From a virus, in the IMG/VR virus record IMGVR_UViG_3300012929_000018, positions 1 through 64,000 of that record: a DNA stretch of 64,000 nt. The stretch is one strand, 5' to 3'. A program made the translations under genes and the position numbers. Numbering within the stretch: position 1 is the stretch's first letter; each line of letters begins with the position of its first letter. The notes under the pieces are model-generated. The model saw nothing but the letters and a program-made list of their open reading frames with translations. It was not told where the DNA came from and did not search any database. Of this stretch, positions 25,750 to 34,923 are shown piece after piece.

Positions 25750-26001
25750 ATGAACATGTCCAAAAAGATCAATATCACAGGCGACTTCGTCGACTTCAAG
25801 AGAGTGTGGTCTGACGACGGCCAGAACCTTACCGCTGAAATCGGCGGCCAAACCACCAAAGGAACGTTCGTGAAGGTCAACGTCAAACTTAACTTCGATT
25901 GCTTGGCATACATCATGCCCGGCGTCAAAAAAGCATGGGAGACCGAGCGCGAAATCAGACAGGGCGCTATTCAGTCCATCGACAAAGCTCTAGGAATATG
26001 A
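25750..26001 (+). CDS. hypothetical protein
   Basis: ORF ATGA-coupled to the kinase. Confidence 0.55.
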   Translation: MNMSKKINITGDFVDFKRVWSDDGQNLTAEIGGQTTKGTFVKVNVKLNFDCLAYIMPGVKKAWETEREIRQGAIQSIDKALGI

Positions 26002-26537
26002 AACTAATCGGATTGGTAGGACGCAAGAGCGTCGGAAAAGACACGGCAGCCATGGTGCTCACGCAGCAGGGCTACCAGATTGCAAAGTTCGCGGGCGGGC
26101 TGAAAGCCATGATCGCGGGATACCTCGCATACATCGGCGTGCCGGAAGACGCTATTAAGGCGATCATTGAAGACTACCGGGTGAAGGAAACTCCAAGTGG
26201 CTACTTCGGCGGCAAAACTCCGCGCTATGTCATGCAGACCCTCGGCACCGAATGGGGCCGTGACCTAATCGCCCCGCAACTATGGGTGCAATCCTGCCTA
26301 TGGCACTGCGAAAGTCTTGGCAAAGCCGTCATTACAGACGTGAGGTTTCCCAACGAAGTTGCCGCGGTCAAAGAACAAGGCGGCACAGTAATACGCATTG
26401 TGCGTAACGCATCACGCGTAGACAACCACGCCTCAGAAAATTTTATAGATTCCCTTGCAGTTGATCACGAAATCAGCAACAATGGAACCATCGACGAGCT
26501 TCATCAGAAGCTTTTAACCATAGTGAAAGGACAATAA
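25998..26537 (+). CDS. deoxynucleoside monophosphate kinase (T4 gp1-like)
   Basis: LIGLVGRKSVGKDT, PRYVMQTLGTEWGR, ITDVRFPNE, HASE. Confidence 0.92.
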   Translation: MKLIGLVGRKSVGKDTAAMVLTQQGYQIAKFAGGLKAMIAGYLAYIGVPEDAIKAIIEDYRVKETPSGYFGGKTPRYVMQTLGTEWGRDLIAPQLWVQSCLWHCESLGKAVITDVRFPNEVAAVKEQGGTVIRIVRNASRVDNHASENFIDSLAVDHEISNNGTIDELHQKLLTIVKGQ

Positions 26538-26538
26538 C

Positions 26539-27048
26539 ATGGACGGAACAAATAAATATGACGACACAGCCAAAGGCGGATACTCCTACGCGGAGAAGCT
26601 TGAGGCAGTAGCGGCGGGCAATATGGCCCCCGAAGAAATCGGATTGGCAAGCGCCGAGGAAGCCCAGCTTCAAATAGTGCCGGACGAGAAAAAGAAACCG
26701 GTATTCGGAACGACAATGATGTTCCGCGCTGGTGTGGTTCCTCTGGAACTGCGCGCGTTTTGGGCAGAGCAGGAATACAAGCAGGAGCGTAAGATCGTTT
26801 CTGCCGACTCCACCTTCGACAAGGATGCGTGGATGAAAGAGCACGAGAATGAATTTCCAATTCAAGGCGATCTGATCTGCGGACAGGCCGCGGCCAAGTT
26901 TTCTCGAAATTTCAAAGACCCGATTCTCGGAATGTGCCAGATGCTCCGCGTAGCAGCGGACATGTTGGAAATGAAATATACGGAAACCGACGCGCCACAA
27001 ACGCCCGCAACCGAACAGCAAAATGAATCACCGGCTCAAACTCAGTAG
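26539..27048 (+). CDS. hypothetical protein
   Basis: Good RBS (GAAAGGA), operon position. Confidence 0.6.
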   Translation: MDGTNKYDDTAKGGYSYAEKLEAVAAGNMAPEEIGLASAEEAQLQIVPDEKKKPVFGTTMMFRAGVVPLELRAFWAEQEYKQERKIVSADSTFDKDAWMKEHENEFPIQGDLICGQAAAKFSRNFKDPILGMCQMLRVAADMLEMKYTETDAPQTPATEQQNESPAQTQ

Positions 27049-27211
27049 TCGTAAACGCGACCGGACATTCTACACACCGAAGAAAGCCGCCCCAAACTCG
27101 GGGTTGACCGATCGGTATGGCAGAATCTACGTCACTGAGGCATCGGGCGCGATTCGCCTGATTAAAGATATTCTAACTGGCCCCGACGATCCGCGTCGGC
27201 GCAACTAATCT

Positions 27212-27330
27212 GGAATGCGCGCGAATGGTGTGCAGGCCGCAAGGCCCAGCGAGATGCTGCAACGGGTTCCTAGCTACGGTTTGCTGTCCGTGGCTTGTCT
27301 CATAGACCCTGTGAAACACGTGCGCATTCC
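27212..27330 (+). ncRNA. structured RNA of unknown class upstream of the DNA polymerase
   Basis: 12-bp closing stem GGAATGCGCGCG/CGTGCGCATTCC enclosing several hairpins including a GCAA tetraloop. Confidence 0.6.
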
Positions 27331-27339
27331 TTCACTTTT

Positions 27340-29211
27340 ATGAAAAATTATGCAATCGATTACGAAACGTTCTACTCCAAGGAGTATTCCATCAAGGACC
27401 TTGGAAACTGGGCTTACGTCCACCACCCTGAGTTCGACGCTTACATGTTGGCGGTCTCATGTGAAGAAGGAGACTGGGTGGGCAGGCCATCGGATTTCAA
27501 TTGGGAACTTCTCAGAGGCCAACGTGCAATCGCTCATAATGCCGGATTCGAACACGCAGTAACCACCCGGCTCATCGAGCTTGGAATTATCCCTTACGTG
27601 GAGTTCGGCGACTTCGTCGACACCGCGGACCTTGCGGCCTACCTCGGCTTTCCGCGCAGCTTAGCGTCCGCCGCCAAAGGATTGCTAGGCGTGGCCGTCG
27701 ATAAGACCACCCGCGCGACCATGTGCGGCCAAAAGTGGGATGAGATGACGCCCGACTTCCAAGCCGAAGTAACCGCTTACGCTGGGGAAGACTCCCACCT
27801 TGAGCTTCGGCTCTGGAATGAACACGGCCACCGCTGGCCGGAAAACGAACAACTAATTTCAAAACTCACTCGCGAGATGTGTTGGCGCGGGCTACCTATT
27901 AGCATACCGCGTATTGAGGAAGGTATTGGAATACTCAGCGCCGCGTTGAACCGCACCCGCGATCGCATCCCGTGGATGAAACCGACGGGCAATCCGAAGA
28001 TCGACAAGAAAAAGAGGCCAACCTCTCCCAAAGAGTTCAAAGCCGCCTGCCACAATGCAGGAATCGAGGCGCCTTCATCATTGGCGAAAACCAGTGAAGA
28101 ATTTGACGCATGGTTGAAAGAACATGGCGCGAACCTTCCGTGGGCCCGAGCGGTCGGCGAGATGCGCTCGCTCAACATGAAGTTGAAGAAACTCGAGACC
28201 ATGCGGACGCGCGCGAATGGCAGCATATTGCCATACTCGCTCAAATACTGTGGCGCCCATACTCTGCGCGACTCAGGTGACGCCGGTTTCAACCCGCAGA
28301 ACCTGGACCGATTGCCGATGTTCATTACGACCGAGAAGATCGTGACGGACGACACCGAGATTAAAGATTTCATGGTCATGCGCAAAGCAAATCAGATGCC
28401 CGCGGACGTGGGTGTGATCGACATGCGCGGCATGCTCGAAGCGCCAGAAGGAAAGATCTTCGGCGTCGTCGATTTGTCAGCGATTGAACCGTGCGTCATC
28501 GTTACCCTCGCAGGCGACTATGCGATGGTCGCGATGCTCAAGGCCGGAATGGACCCGTATGAGGCGCAGGCGCGCGCAGACGGCGAGTTCGGTGGCGAGG
28601 GCACTCTCAAAGATTTCGACAAGGAAAACGGCACCCAACTTCGCCAATATAACAAGGTCAAAGTCCTTGGTTGCGGATACGGCGCTGGGCCTGAGAAGGT
28701 GCAGTTTATTGCAAAGACAATGGTCGGGCTCGATTTGGAGTTCAACGTCGTTGCGGCACTGGTCTCCAAATTTCGCTCGCGCGAGTTCATCCCGAACTTG
28801 TGGAAGCGGCTCGAATGGGATATGCGCCAATCCACCGGCGGCGATTATCAGATGGTTTTGCCAAGTGGCAGGGCTATGCTCTACCGCGACGTTAAGACGT
28901 GCGGGGGAATCACGGCGGTCATTCCGCGCAACGGCGTATTCATGCGCCTCGGATTCTGGGGCGGAACGCTAGCAGAGAACGCGACGCAGGCGGCAGCACG
29001 CGACGTATTCATGGATCGAGTGATCGCCGTGAATGCCGAGAACTACGACATTCGCCTCCGAGTGCATGACGAAATCGTCACACTACTCGACGAGGAAGTG
29101 GCCGAATCAGATTTGAAAGTCATCACAAACATCATGGGAACCTCCCCGGCTTGGTGGCCTGAGCTACCGGTGCGCGCGGAAGGTCACCTCTGCAAGATTT
29201 ACCACAAATGA
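27340..29211 (+). CDS. family A DNA polymerase with 3'-5' exonuclease domain
   Basis: Exo I AIDYET, AHNAGFE; motif A VDLSAIE, motif B RQYNKVKVLGCGYG, motif C RVHDEI. Confidence 0.93.
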   Translation: MKNYAIDYETFYSKEYSIKDLGNWAYVHHPEFDAYMLAVSCEEGDWVGRPSDFNWELLRGQRAIAHNAGFEHAVTTRLIELGIIPYVEFGDFVDTADLAAYLGFPRSLASAAKGLLGVAVDKTTRATMCGQKWDEMTPDFQAEVTAYAGEDSHLELRLWNEHGHRWPENEQLISKLTREMCWRGLPISIPRIEEGIGILSAALNRTRDRIPWMKPTGNPKIDKKKRPTSPKEFKAACHNAGIEAPSSLAKTSEEFDAWLKEHGANLPWARAVGEMRSLNMKLKKLETMRTRANGSILPYSLKYCGAHTLRDSGDAGFNPQNLDRLPMFITTEKIVTDDTEIKDFMVMRKANQMPADVGVIDMRGMLEAPEGKIFGVVDLSAIEPCVIVTLAGDYAMVAMLKAGMDPYEAQARADGEFGGEGTLKDFDKENGTQLRQYNKVKVLGCGYGAGPEKVQFIAKTMVGLDLEFNVVAALVSKFRSREFIPNLWKRLEWDMRQSTGGDYQMVLPSGRAMLYRDVKTCGGITAVIPRNGVFMRLGFWGGTLAENATQAAARDVFMDRVIAVNAENYDIRLRVHDEIVTLLDEEVAESDLKVITNIMGTSPAWWPELPVRAEGHLCKIYHK

Positions 29212-29465
29212 TCTGTGACGTTATTAATGGCAGCTTCGAATTGGTCGGCGGAATCATGACTTGGTTCAACGTCCGGCGGCTGCTCAGAGACAAGAAGGTC
29301 CGCGGGGTCGACTGGCGCATCGCCGGATTCTGGTCCTCGTGGAGCATCTGGAACATCTTATACTACCCGCTGCTCAATCAGCCTATGTCGTGGTTGGCCG
29401 GGTTAGTGTTAGCAGTTGGAAACTTGGCGTGGCTTGGCCTCGCCTACATTTACAGAAACGCATAA
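29208..29465 (+). CDS. small 3-TM membrane protein, PQ-loop/SemiSWEET-like
   Basis: Three hydrophobic helices with the NVRRLLRDKKVRGV.W loop. Confidence 0.55.
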   Translation: MICDVINGSFELVGGIMTWFNVRRLLRDKKVRGVDWRIAGFWSSWSIWNILYYPLLNQPMSWLAGLVLAVGNLAWLGLAYIYRNA

Positions 29466-29466
29466 T

Positions 29467-30099
29467 ATGATCGAACAACCTGATATTGAAAAACCTCAAG
29501 ACTACTTGAAAGACCGGATTCCGGAGCCGGTTCTCGGCGGGTGGTTCACAACCTATTCCGGCAAGAAGTGGTATATCCTTGAGCCACGTCCGGAAGATGT
29601 AAACATCAAAGACATTGCCCACGCGCTCTCGCTCATCTGCCGGTTTGGTGGGCATTCTCGAAATCACTACTCGGTAGGCGACCACTCAGTAATGTGCCGT
29701 ATTCGGGCAATCGAACTTTGGCCGACGGACTGGATGCTACAACTTCACATCCTTCTCCATGACGCCTCCGAAGCATACATCGGCGATATGGTTCGCCCGA
29801 TGAAGGAAACAATGCCTGCTTTCAACGCTCTCGAAGACAAAACTCAGACCGCGATCTATATCGGGCTTGGGTTGCCAAAACCGACTGACGCTGAATATAC
29901 TAAGATCAAGCGAGTCGACAACGAGCTTCTCATGGCCGAGCGCCGGGATATTATCAACAACGGCGGTCACGAATGGAACATTCCAGCCGAAGCATGGGAT
30001 TTTCCGATTGGGTCTATGACTCCTGAGCAGTCCGAAAGCGCCTTTCTAAAGATGTATGGATTCCTTCGCTGGGCAGTTGGCCAGTCCGCGTCTCGTTAG
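29467..30099 (+). CDS. HD-domain nucleotide phosphohydrolase (YfdR-like)
   Basis: DIAHALSLICRFGGH..YSVGDHS..LLHDASEAYIGDM. Confidence 0.9.
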   Translation: MIEQPDIEKPQDYLKDRIPEPVLGGWFTTYSGKKWYILEPRPEDVNIKDIAHALSLICRFGGHSRNHYSVGDHSVMCRIRAIELWPTDWMLQLHILLHDASEAYIGDMVRPMKETMPAFNALEDKTQTAIYIGLGLPKPTDAEYTKIKRVDNELLMAERRDIINNGGHEWNIPAEAWDFPIGSMTPEQSESAFLKMYGFLRWAVGQSASR

Positions 30100-30129
30100 C
30101 TCTAAGTAGTTAGCTCTGAGTCGTTAGCA

Positions 30130-30702
30130 ATGAGTCATCCACTTGAAGATCTATGGGGAGAGAGCGCGAGCACTATACTCGATGCCATTTACTCATCGGG
30201 TGGTTACACTCAGCGCAGCGTCCGTGGAGTATTAGGCGAGCATTTGTTTAAGCCAATCCTCGTCGCTACCATGCCCGAATGGATAGTTGCTAAGGGTGAC
30301 GGCAAAGGTGCAGTCGATTATAGTCTATCGCGTGGAGACGAAGAGCTTTTTATTCAGTGCAAGGTAATGCGATCCCAGAAGGGCAAGCCGTTGTATAAGG
30401 ATGGCTGCCCTGTCGTCGAATGCCAGAAAACCAACGGCAAGGTTAAAGGCACCCGCACATACAAGCAAGACCAGTTCGATATATTAGCCGTTAGTTTGTG
30501 GCCTATCTCGCAGAAGTGGGATGATTGGGCCTATTGCTGTGCATACCATTTAGAACGCCAACCCCGCCGAGCGCATGAAATTAAACCCATGCAGTCGATT
30601 GACCTGCCACATGGATTATGGTCGAAGGACCTTAGGGTTATAGTTAGCAGGGCTGCAGGGAAGCGGGCTGTCAGACAAACTCAGCGACTTTTCAAAATAT
30701 GA
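30130..30702 (+). CDS. PD-(D/E)XK restriction-endonuclease-like protein
   Basis: RGVLGEH, VDY..FIQCK, YKQDQFDILAV. Confidence 0.65.
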   Translation: MSHPLEDLWGESASTILDAIYSSGGYTQRSVRGVLGEHLFKPILVATMPEWIVAKGDGKGAVDYSLSRGDEELFIQCKVMRSQKGKPLYKDGCPVVECQKTNGKVKGTRTYKQDQFDILAVSLWPISQKWDDWAYCCAYHLERQPRRAHEIKPMQSIDLPHGLWSKDLRVIVSRAAGKRAVRQTQRLFKI

Positions 30703-31004
30703 CCAAAGCAACCGACCCAATCCTCCAAGGCATCCGCGACGAACTGGATTCGCTCGACGAACAAATTGTAAAGCTCCTCGTGAAGCGTCACGCGGTTGCG
30801 GCCAATTGTTTGAAGTGGAAGCACGACAACAACCTCCCGCTTCACGCGCCCGAGCGTGAGTGGAGAATCACTCAGCGTGCGATTAGACTTGCACATGAAC
30901 TGGATTTCCAGGAAGATGACTTCATTAGAGCGATTTACTGGCTGATGCTGGCGAATCCGTTCAAAAAATATTATGCCCACCACTACTGGGTCGAAACAGC
31001 ATGA
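30699..31004 (+). CDS. AroQ chorismate-mutase-like protein
   Basis: LQGIRDELDSLDEQIVKLLVKR..WKHDNNLPLHAPERE follows the AroQ R/D/R/K/RE pattern. Confidence 0.65.
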   Translation: MTKATDPILQGIRDELDSLDEQIVKLLVKRHAVAANCLKWKHDNNLPLHAPEREWRITQRAIRLAHELDFQEDDFIRAIYWLMLANPFKKYYAHHYWVETA

Positions 31005-31843
31005 CCGAGAAGCTATTCCCACATAAGGACTGCCCGACCGCCGGAACTGGATGCCATTCGTGGCTCTATTACATGGCGCACAAGGTGAAAAAGCACGGCG
31101 TCTCAGACGAAGTGGCGATTCCTTATATCACCGAGCGTATGTCGCGCCCGCCTGCGCCGCCGATGGAAGTCGAGCACGCGCTGGATGCGGCCCGCGGTGA
31201 CGCCGGAACCCGAGTTACCCAACGGTGGCCGTCCAAGAGCTTCAAGCTCGTCCAAGAGATTTTCAAGAAACGGATCCCCGACTGGAAGCCCTTGCCGATT
31301 GACTGCGAAGAGGCAATAGACCGTTTGTTTCCCGGCAACCCACTTCTATGCGTCGGGCAAGCCTCATTCAATTTTTGCACCCGGCCCCGCGAAGCCCTGC
31401 GTGGTAAGCTAGGAATGCGCGCGCTCATTGTTCCCTCCCCGATGAGCGAGCGGTTCGGCTACACGCAGGCAGCGCGCCGGGAACTGGAACAGGGCAAGAA
31501 GTTCGTCAGAAAGAGCGAGCACTCGCTTGAAAACACCGGGCCGCGCCACTACCTTATCACCGAGTGGGATTGGGGGACGCCCGACAAACACATGCTCCTA
31601 ATCCGCTACCTCGCACAGTTCTGGCCTCTGGCTTGCGTCGTTCACAGCGGCGGCAAAAGCACGCACGGCTGGTGGGATGTGCGAAACATTGATGAACAGA
31701 AGGTTAAAGATTTTTTCATGTTGGCCGCCGAGTGTGGCGCCGACACACGACTATGGCTGCGAAGCCAGTTCTGCCGGATGCCGGGCGGAACCCGTGACAA
31801 CGGCAAACGGCAGGAGATACTTTACATAAACCCAAAACTATGA
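31001..31843 (+). CDS. primase (AEP/RepB-like)
   Basis: YLITEWD, VHSGGKSTHGW, QFCRMPGGTR; coupled to a helicase. Confidence 0.75.
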   Translation: MTEKLFPHKDCPTAGTGCHSWLYYMAHKVKKHGVSDEVAIPYITERMSRPPAPPMEVEHALDAARGDAGTRVTQRWPSKSFKLVQEIFKKRIPDWKPLPIDCEEAIDRLFPGNPLLCVGQASFNFCTRPREALRGKLGMRALIVPSPMSERFGYTQAARRELEQGKKFVRKSEHSLENTGPRHYLITEWDWGTPDKHMLLIRYLAQFWPLACVVHSGGKSTHGWWDVRNIDEQKVKDFFMLAAECGADTRLWLRSQFCRMPGGTRDNGKRQEILYINPKL

Positions 31844-33267
31844 GCATTCTAGGAGACGACGATTCTCAAGATCAATTCGCGGCTGAGGGCGGATTTGCCC
31901 CCATGACCGACAACCCAAAAGAGGCCAAAGCATCCAAGTCCGCCCAGAAGGAAGCGATGAAAGCGGAGCAGGACCAGCAAGCGCGCGAGGCTTTGCAAAC
32001 GGCGCTTCGCGACCTACATATGCATTTCGACGGCGAGAAGTATTGGTCGAAGCTGGAAGATGGGCGATGGGTCTCCGACACGGCGGCGAATGCGGCCGCG
32101 AATGTGCGGCAGGACTTCAACCTCTACAAACCGGACTACGTCGAGCAGGTGCTTCACCGGGTCCGTAAGAACAGCCGCATCGACGGCGTCTTCCCCTATA
32201 TCCATAACAAGCAGGAGATTATGCGGGAAGAAGGCGGCACCTTCCTCAACATTTCCCGGCGGCAGGTCATTGCTCCCGCACTCGAGCCCGGCGAGTTCAC
32301 GTGGCTGCAAACCTATTTCGACAACATCTTCGATCCAGCCCAGCCGATCCAACGCGATCTGTTTCTGGCCTGGTTCCAGCGGCTGTATAAGTCGTCCCTC
32401 GAAGGCAACCTGTTGGCTGGCCAAGCCGTGATTATCGCGGGGCCGACCGGCACAGGCAAGACGCTGATGAACTACAAGATCATCGGCGCGGCGCTGGGCG
32501 GCCATACAGATGCGGCCGAGTATCTGCTGGGCAAGACTGCGTTCAATAAGGAAGCGGCCGAGACCGCGGTGTGGTGCGTCGACGACAACCGCGGCGGCGC
32601 CACATGGGAGAAGCACGACGAGTTCGCGAACGCCCTCAAACGTTACGTGGCCAACCCCAAGATTCCCTATCACCCGAAGTTCTGCGATGCCACAACCGTC
32701 ACATGGCGGGGCCGAATCGTCGTCACCTGCAACTTGGACGAGAAGTCGCTTTCTATTCTGCCGGAACTGGACGACTCGATCGTCGACAAACTGCTGTGGT
32801 TCAAGACTTCATCATTCCGACCGGACTTCAAAGACGTGGAAGCCGTAATTGAACGTGAGCTTCCTTTCTTCCTGCGCTGGTTGATCGACTGGGCACCACC
32901 CGCCGACGTGATCAAAGGCGATGAGCGGTTCCGGATCCTGCCCTACCAGCACCCCGACTTGGTTGCCGCGGCCCGAACGGCCAGCGCCGACTATCAACTT
33001 TCTGAGATGCTCCGGATCGCGATCCACAAGTCGATCATCAACGACAAGAAAGAAGTCGAACGTTGGATGACGGCGTCGGAGATTCGCGAGTGCCTCGATA
33101 TTGAGGGGCTGCGTGGGTCGCTCGCCAAATTTGCCAACAATCGGCTGGGTATCGCCCTGTCCAAATTGTCGGAAACCGAAGATACCAAGCACCTTGTCCG
33201 CGGCGTCCGCCGGATCAAAGGGTTCAAGCAGTACCTTCTGACCCTCGACAAGACCGCGTGGCTGTAG
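31840..33267 (+). CDS. primase-associated P-loop helicase (SF3/DUF5906-like)
   Basis: Walker A GPTGTGKT, FN..WCVDD, VVTCN. Confidence 0.8.
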   Translation: MSILGDDDSQDQFAAEGGFAPMTDNPKEAKASKSAQKEAMKAEQDQQAREALQTALRDLHMHFDGEKYWSKLEDGRWVSDTAANAAANVRQDFNLYKPDYVEQVLHRVRKNSRIDGVFPYIHNKQEIMREEGGTFLNISRRQVIAPALEPGEFTWLQTYFDNIFDPAQPIQRDLFLAWFQRLYKSSLEGNLLAGQAVIIAGPTGTGKTLMNYKIIGAALGGHTDAAEYLLGKTAFNKEAAETAVWCVDDNRGGATWEKHDEFANALKRYVANPKIPYHPKFCDATTVTWRGRIVVTCNLDEKSLSILPELDDSIVDKLLWFKTSSFRPDFKDVEAVIERELPFFLRWLIDWAPPADVIKGDERFRILPYQHPDLVAAARTASADYQLSEMLRIAIHKSIINDKKEVERWMTASEIRECLDIEGLRGSLAKFANNRLGIALSKLSETEDTKHLVRGVRRIKGFKQYLLTLDKTAWL

Positions 33268-33700
33268 CCACCACCGAAAAGGGTAGTGGCTACCTTAACC
33301 ACCACCAAGCCCACTTTCGTCGCAAGTGCTTTTAACGAATGGCCTTACGTGTATTTTGGGCACAAAACAGTGGTGGTAGCCAAATTCAAACCCTTCCGGC
33401 CGGAAGCTTGATTTTGAGCATAATATGATTATTTTTTTTTTCCAATGGAAGAAATAAGAAATGCCACTACCCACTACCTAAATCGAGAAGCCCTGCAACC
33501 CTGCTACATTCTACGCAATACCTATGATAAACGTTACCAAATTACAGGGCTGCAGGGCTTTAGGGAAGTAGGTGCCTAAGCAGGCAGTTACTCAGGGTGT
33601 CAAAATGGCACACTTCTTATATTTGCTGTTCGCGAATATCGAATATGAGAGGATTTGTAAAGGTTTCCGACGCTTTTCTTGAAACACTGTGGAGTTGGTG
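33268..33700. other. AT-rich non-coding gap, candidate replication origin
   Basis: Directly after primase/helicase; poly-T tract, CCACC/CCACTA repeats in both orientations, inverted pair of CCCTG iteron arrays. Confidence 0.45.
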
Positions 33701-33768
33701 TCCGAATGCGCCAGTTTCTTCCGAATCGCGCCATTAATCCCGCCATTGTGTCGCGATTGGATGACGAG

Positions 33769-33841
33769 AGCCGGAGACAGGCTTCGAACCCGTGACCGTC
33801 GGTTTACAAAACCGCTGCTCTGCCGACTGAGCTACACCGGC
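33769..33841 (-). tRNA. tRNA-Thr (TGT), no encoded CCA
   Basis: GCCGGTG-TA-GCTC..GAGC, anticodon loop TT-TGT-AA, T-loop TTCGAAG. Confidence 0.88.
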
Positions 33842-33852
33842 TCTCGTCGCCC

Positions 33853-33999
33853 TTAGCCGCCCTTCGCGTCTTTGCTCGGGAGGATATATTTGATCACAGC
33901 CGCAATCGCTTGCCCCGCCTTGTGGAGAGGATTTGCTTACGCCGGAACCGCCGCGACCATACTCGCAGCCACTAAACCGATCGTGATAAGTTTCTTCAT
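33853..33999 (-). pseudogene. small secreted peptide gene interrupted by an in-frame TAA
   Basis: MKKLITIGLVAASMVAAVPA*ANPLHKAGQAIAAVIKYILPSKDAKGG; stop at 33937-33939. Confidence 0.5.
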
Positions 34000-34081
34000 G
34001 AGCAGCAGCCTACTCCCCGCCCGGCGCCGCGCAACTACTAATTTCTTGAAAAATAGTAATTGGGGCGTATGCTCCCGGCCT

Positions 34082-34237
34082 ATGGCAGCTATTGTAACCC
34101 GCCCTGTGTGGCAACTGCTTCTGGCGATCTACCTGATCCTCGTTTGCGTCAACGCCTTCGTCGGCCTTGGGTCCGCGGCAATTATTGTCCCGATCCTCGC
34201 CGGTCTCGCTGGCCTCCTGATGCTTGTTGGAAAGTAA
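34082..34237 (+). CDS. 51-aa two-helix membrane protein
   Basis: MAAIVTRPVWQLLLAIYLILV..LAGLAGLLMLVGK. Confidence 0.65.
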   Translation: MAAIVTRPVWQLLLAIYLILVCVNAFVGLGSAAIIVPILAGLAGLLMLVGK

Positions 34238-34240
34238 CCC

Positions 34241-34684
34241 GTGAAGCTCAAACTTATTTCTGAGGCCGGGCTCGGCTTAGCCCTGCTCTGCGCCCTCGTT
34301 GTAGTCCCGATTCTTCAACCGAAGCCCTATCGCCCGACTGGGCCGGACCCTGATGCCGACTCGCCTATTGTCATTTTACAGAGAATTGACGCAGACTCCG
34401 TGCAATGTAAGGCCAAGCCGACCTGTGTTTGGAAACGACACGGCGATGGGCACACTGCAACCTTTCATCTCGAACTTACTACCGTATGCCCGGCCGCTGG
34501 CGCCGACAAAACTTACGTTTCTCGCGAGGCTACCGTTGATGCGGCCAAGGACCAATCCGGTGAGGTTGGCGCGGCCCTTCTCGTGATGATGGCGAATGAA
34601 ATCGTCGCGGCGGCTGGGAAAGACGGATTCGAGATGACTCCTAAAGCCTTGCTGCAGAGTTGCAACATGGAAGAAGTGAAGTAA
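34241..34684 (+). CDS. membrane-anchored hypothetical protein
   Basis: N-terminal hydrophobic helix, several Cys. Confidence 0.6.
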   Translation: MKLKLISEAGLGLALLCALVVVPILQPKPYRPTGPDPDADSPIVILQRIDADSVQCKAKPTCVWKRHGDGHTATFHLELTTVCPAAGADKTYVSREATVDAAKDQSGEVGAALLVMMANEIVAAAGKDGFEMTPKALLQSCNMEEVK

Positions 34685-34692
34685 TATCCCTC

Positions 34693-34839
34693 ATGCCTGC
34701 TGAGAGCCAAGCCCAACGTGGATACCTGAATGCAAGATTCGGTCACGCATGGGTTAAGAAACATCATTTCGATAACAAGGGTGCTCTCCCCGCTCACGTC
34801 AAGCCAAAGCCGCGTAATCAACACGGCATCGGCCATTGA
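34693..34839 (+). CDS. 48-aa basic phage peptide (not in the ORF track)
   Basis: MPAESQAQRGYLNARFGHAWVKKHHFDNKGALPAHVKPKPRNQHGIGH; MPxxSxAQR N terminus recalled from phage micro-proteins. Confidence 0.6.
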   Translation: MPAESQAQRGYLNARFGHAWVKKHHFDNKGALPAHVKPKPRNQHGIGH

Positions 34840-34841
34840 CT

Positions 34842-34914
34842 AGGGCAGTAGCTTAGCGGCTAGAGCATCTGGTTTGGGGCCAGGGTGGCGTGAGTTCGAA
34901 TCTCACTTGCCCTA
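34842..34914 (+). tRNA. tRNA-Pro (TGG), no encoded CCA
   Basis: AGGGCAG/TTGCCCT acceptor, loop TT-TGG-GG, T-arm GTGAG-TTCGAAT-CTCAC. Confidence 0.85.
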
Positions 34915-34923
34915 GTCAGCGGC

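Noticed and set aside
33937-33939. In-frame TAA as a sign of genome-wide stop-codon reassignment
   Set aside because: TAA, TAG and TGA all end well-defined genes, long genes are uninterrupted in code 11, and no suppressor tRNA is present
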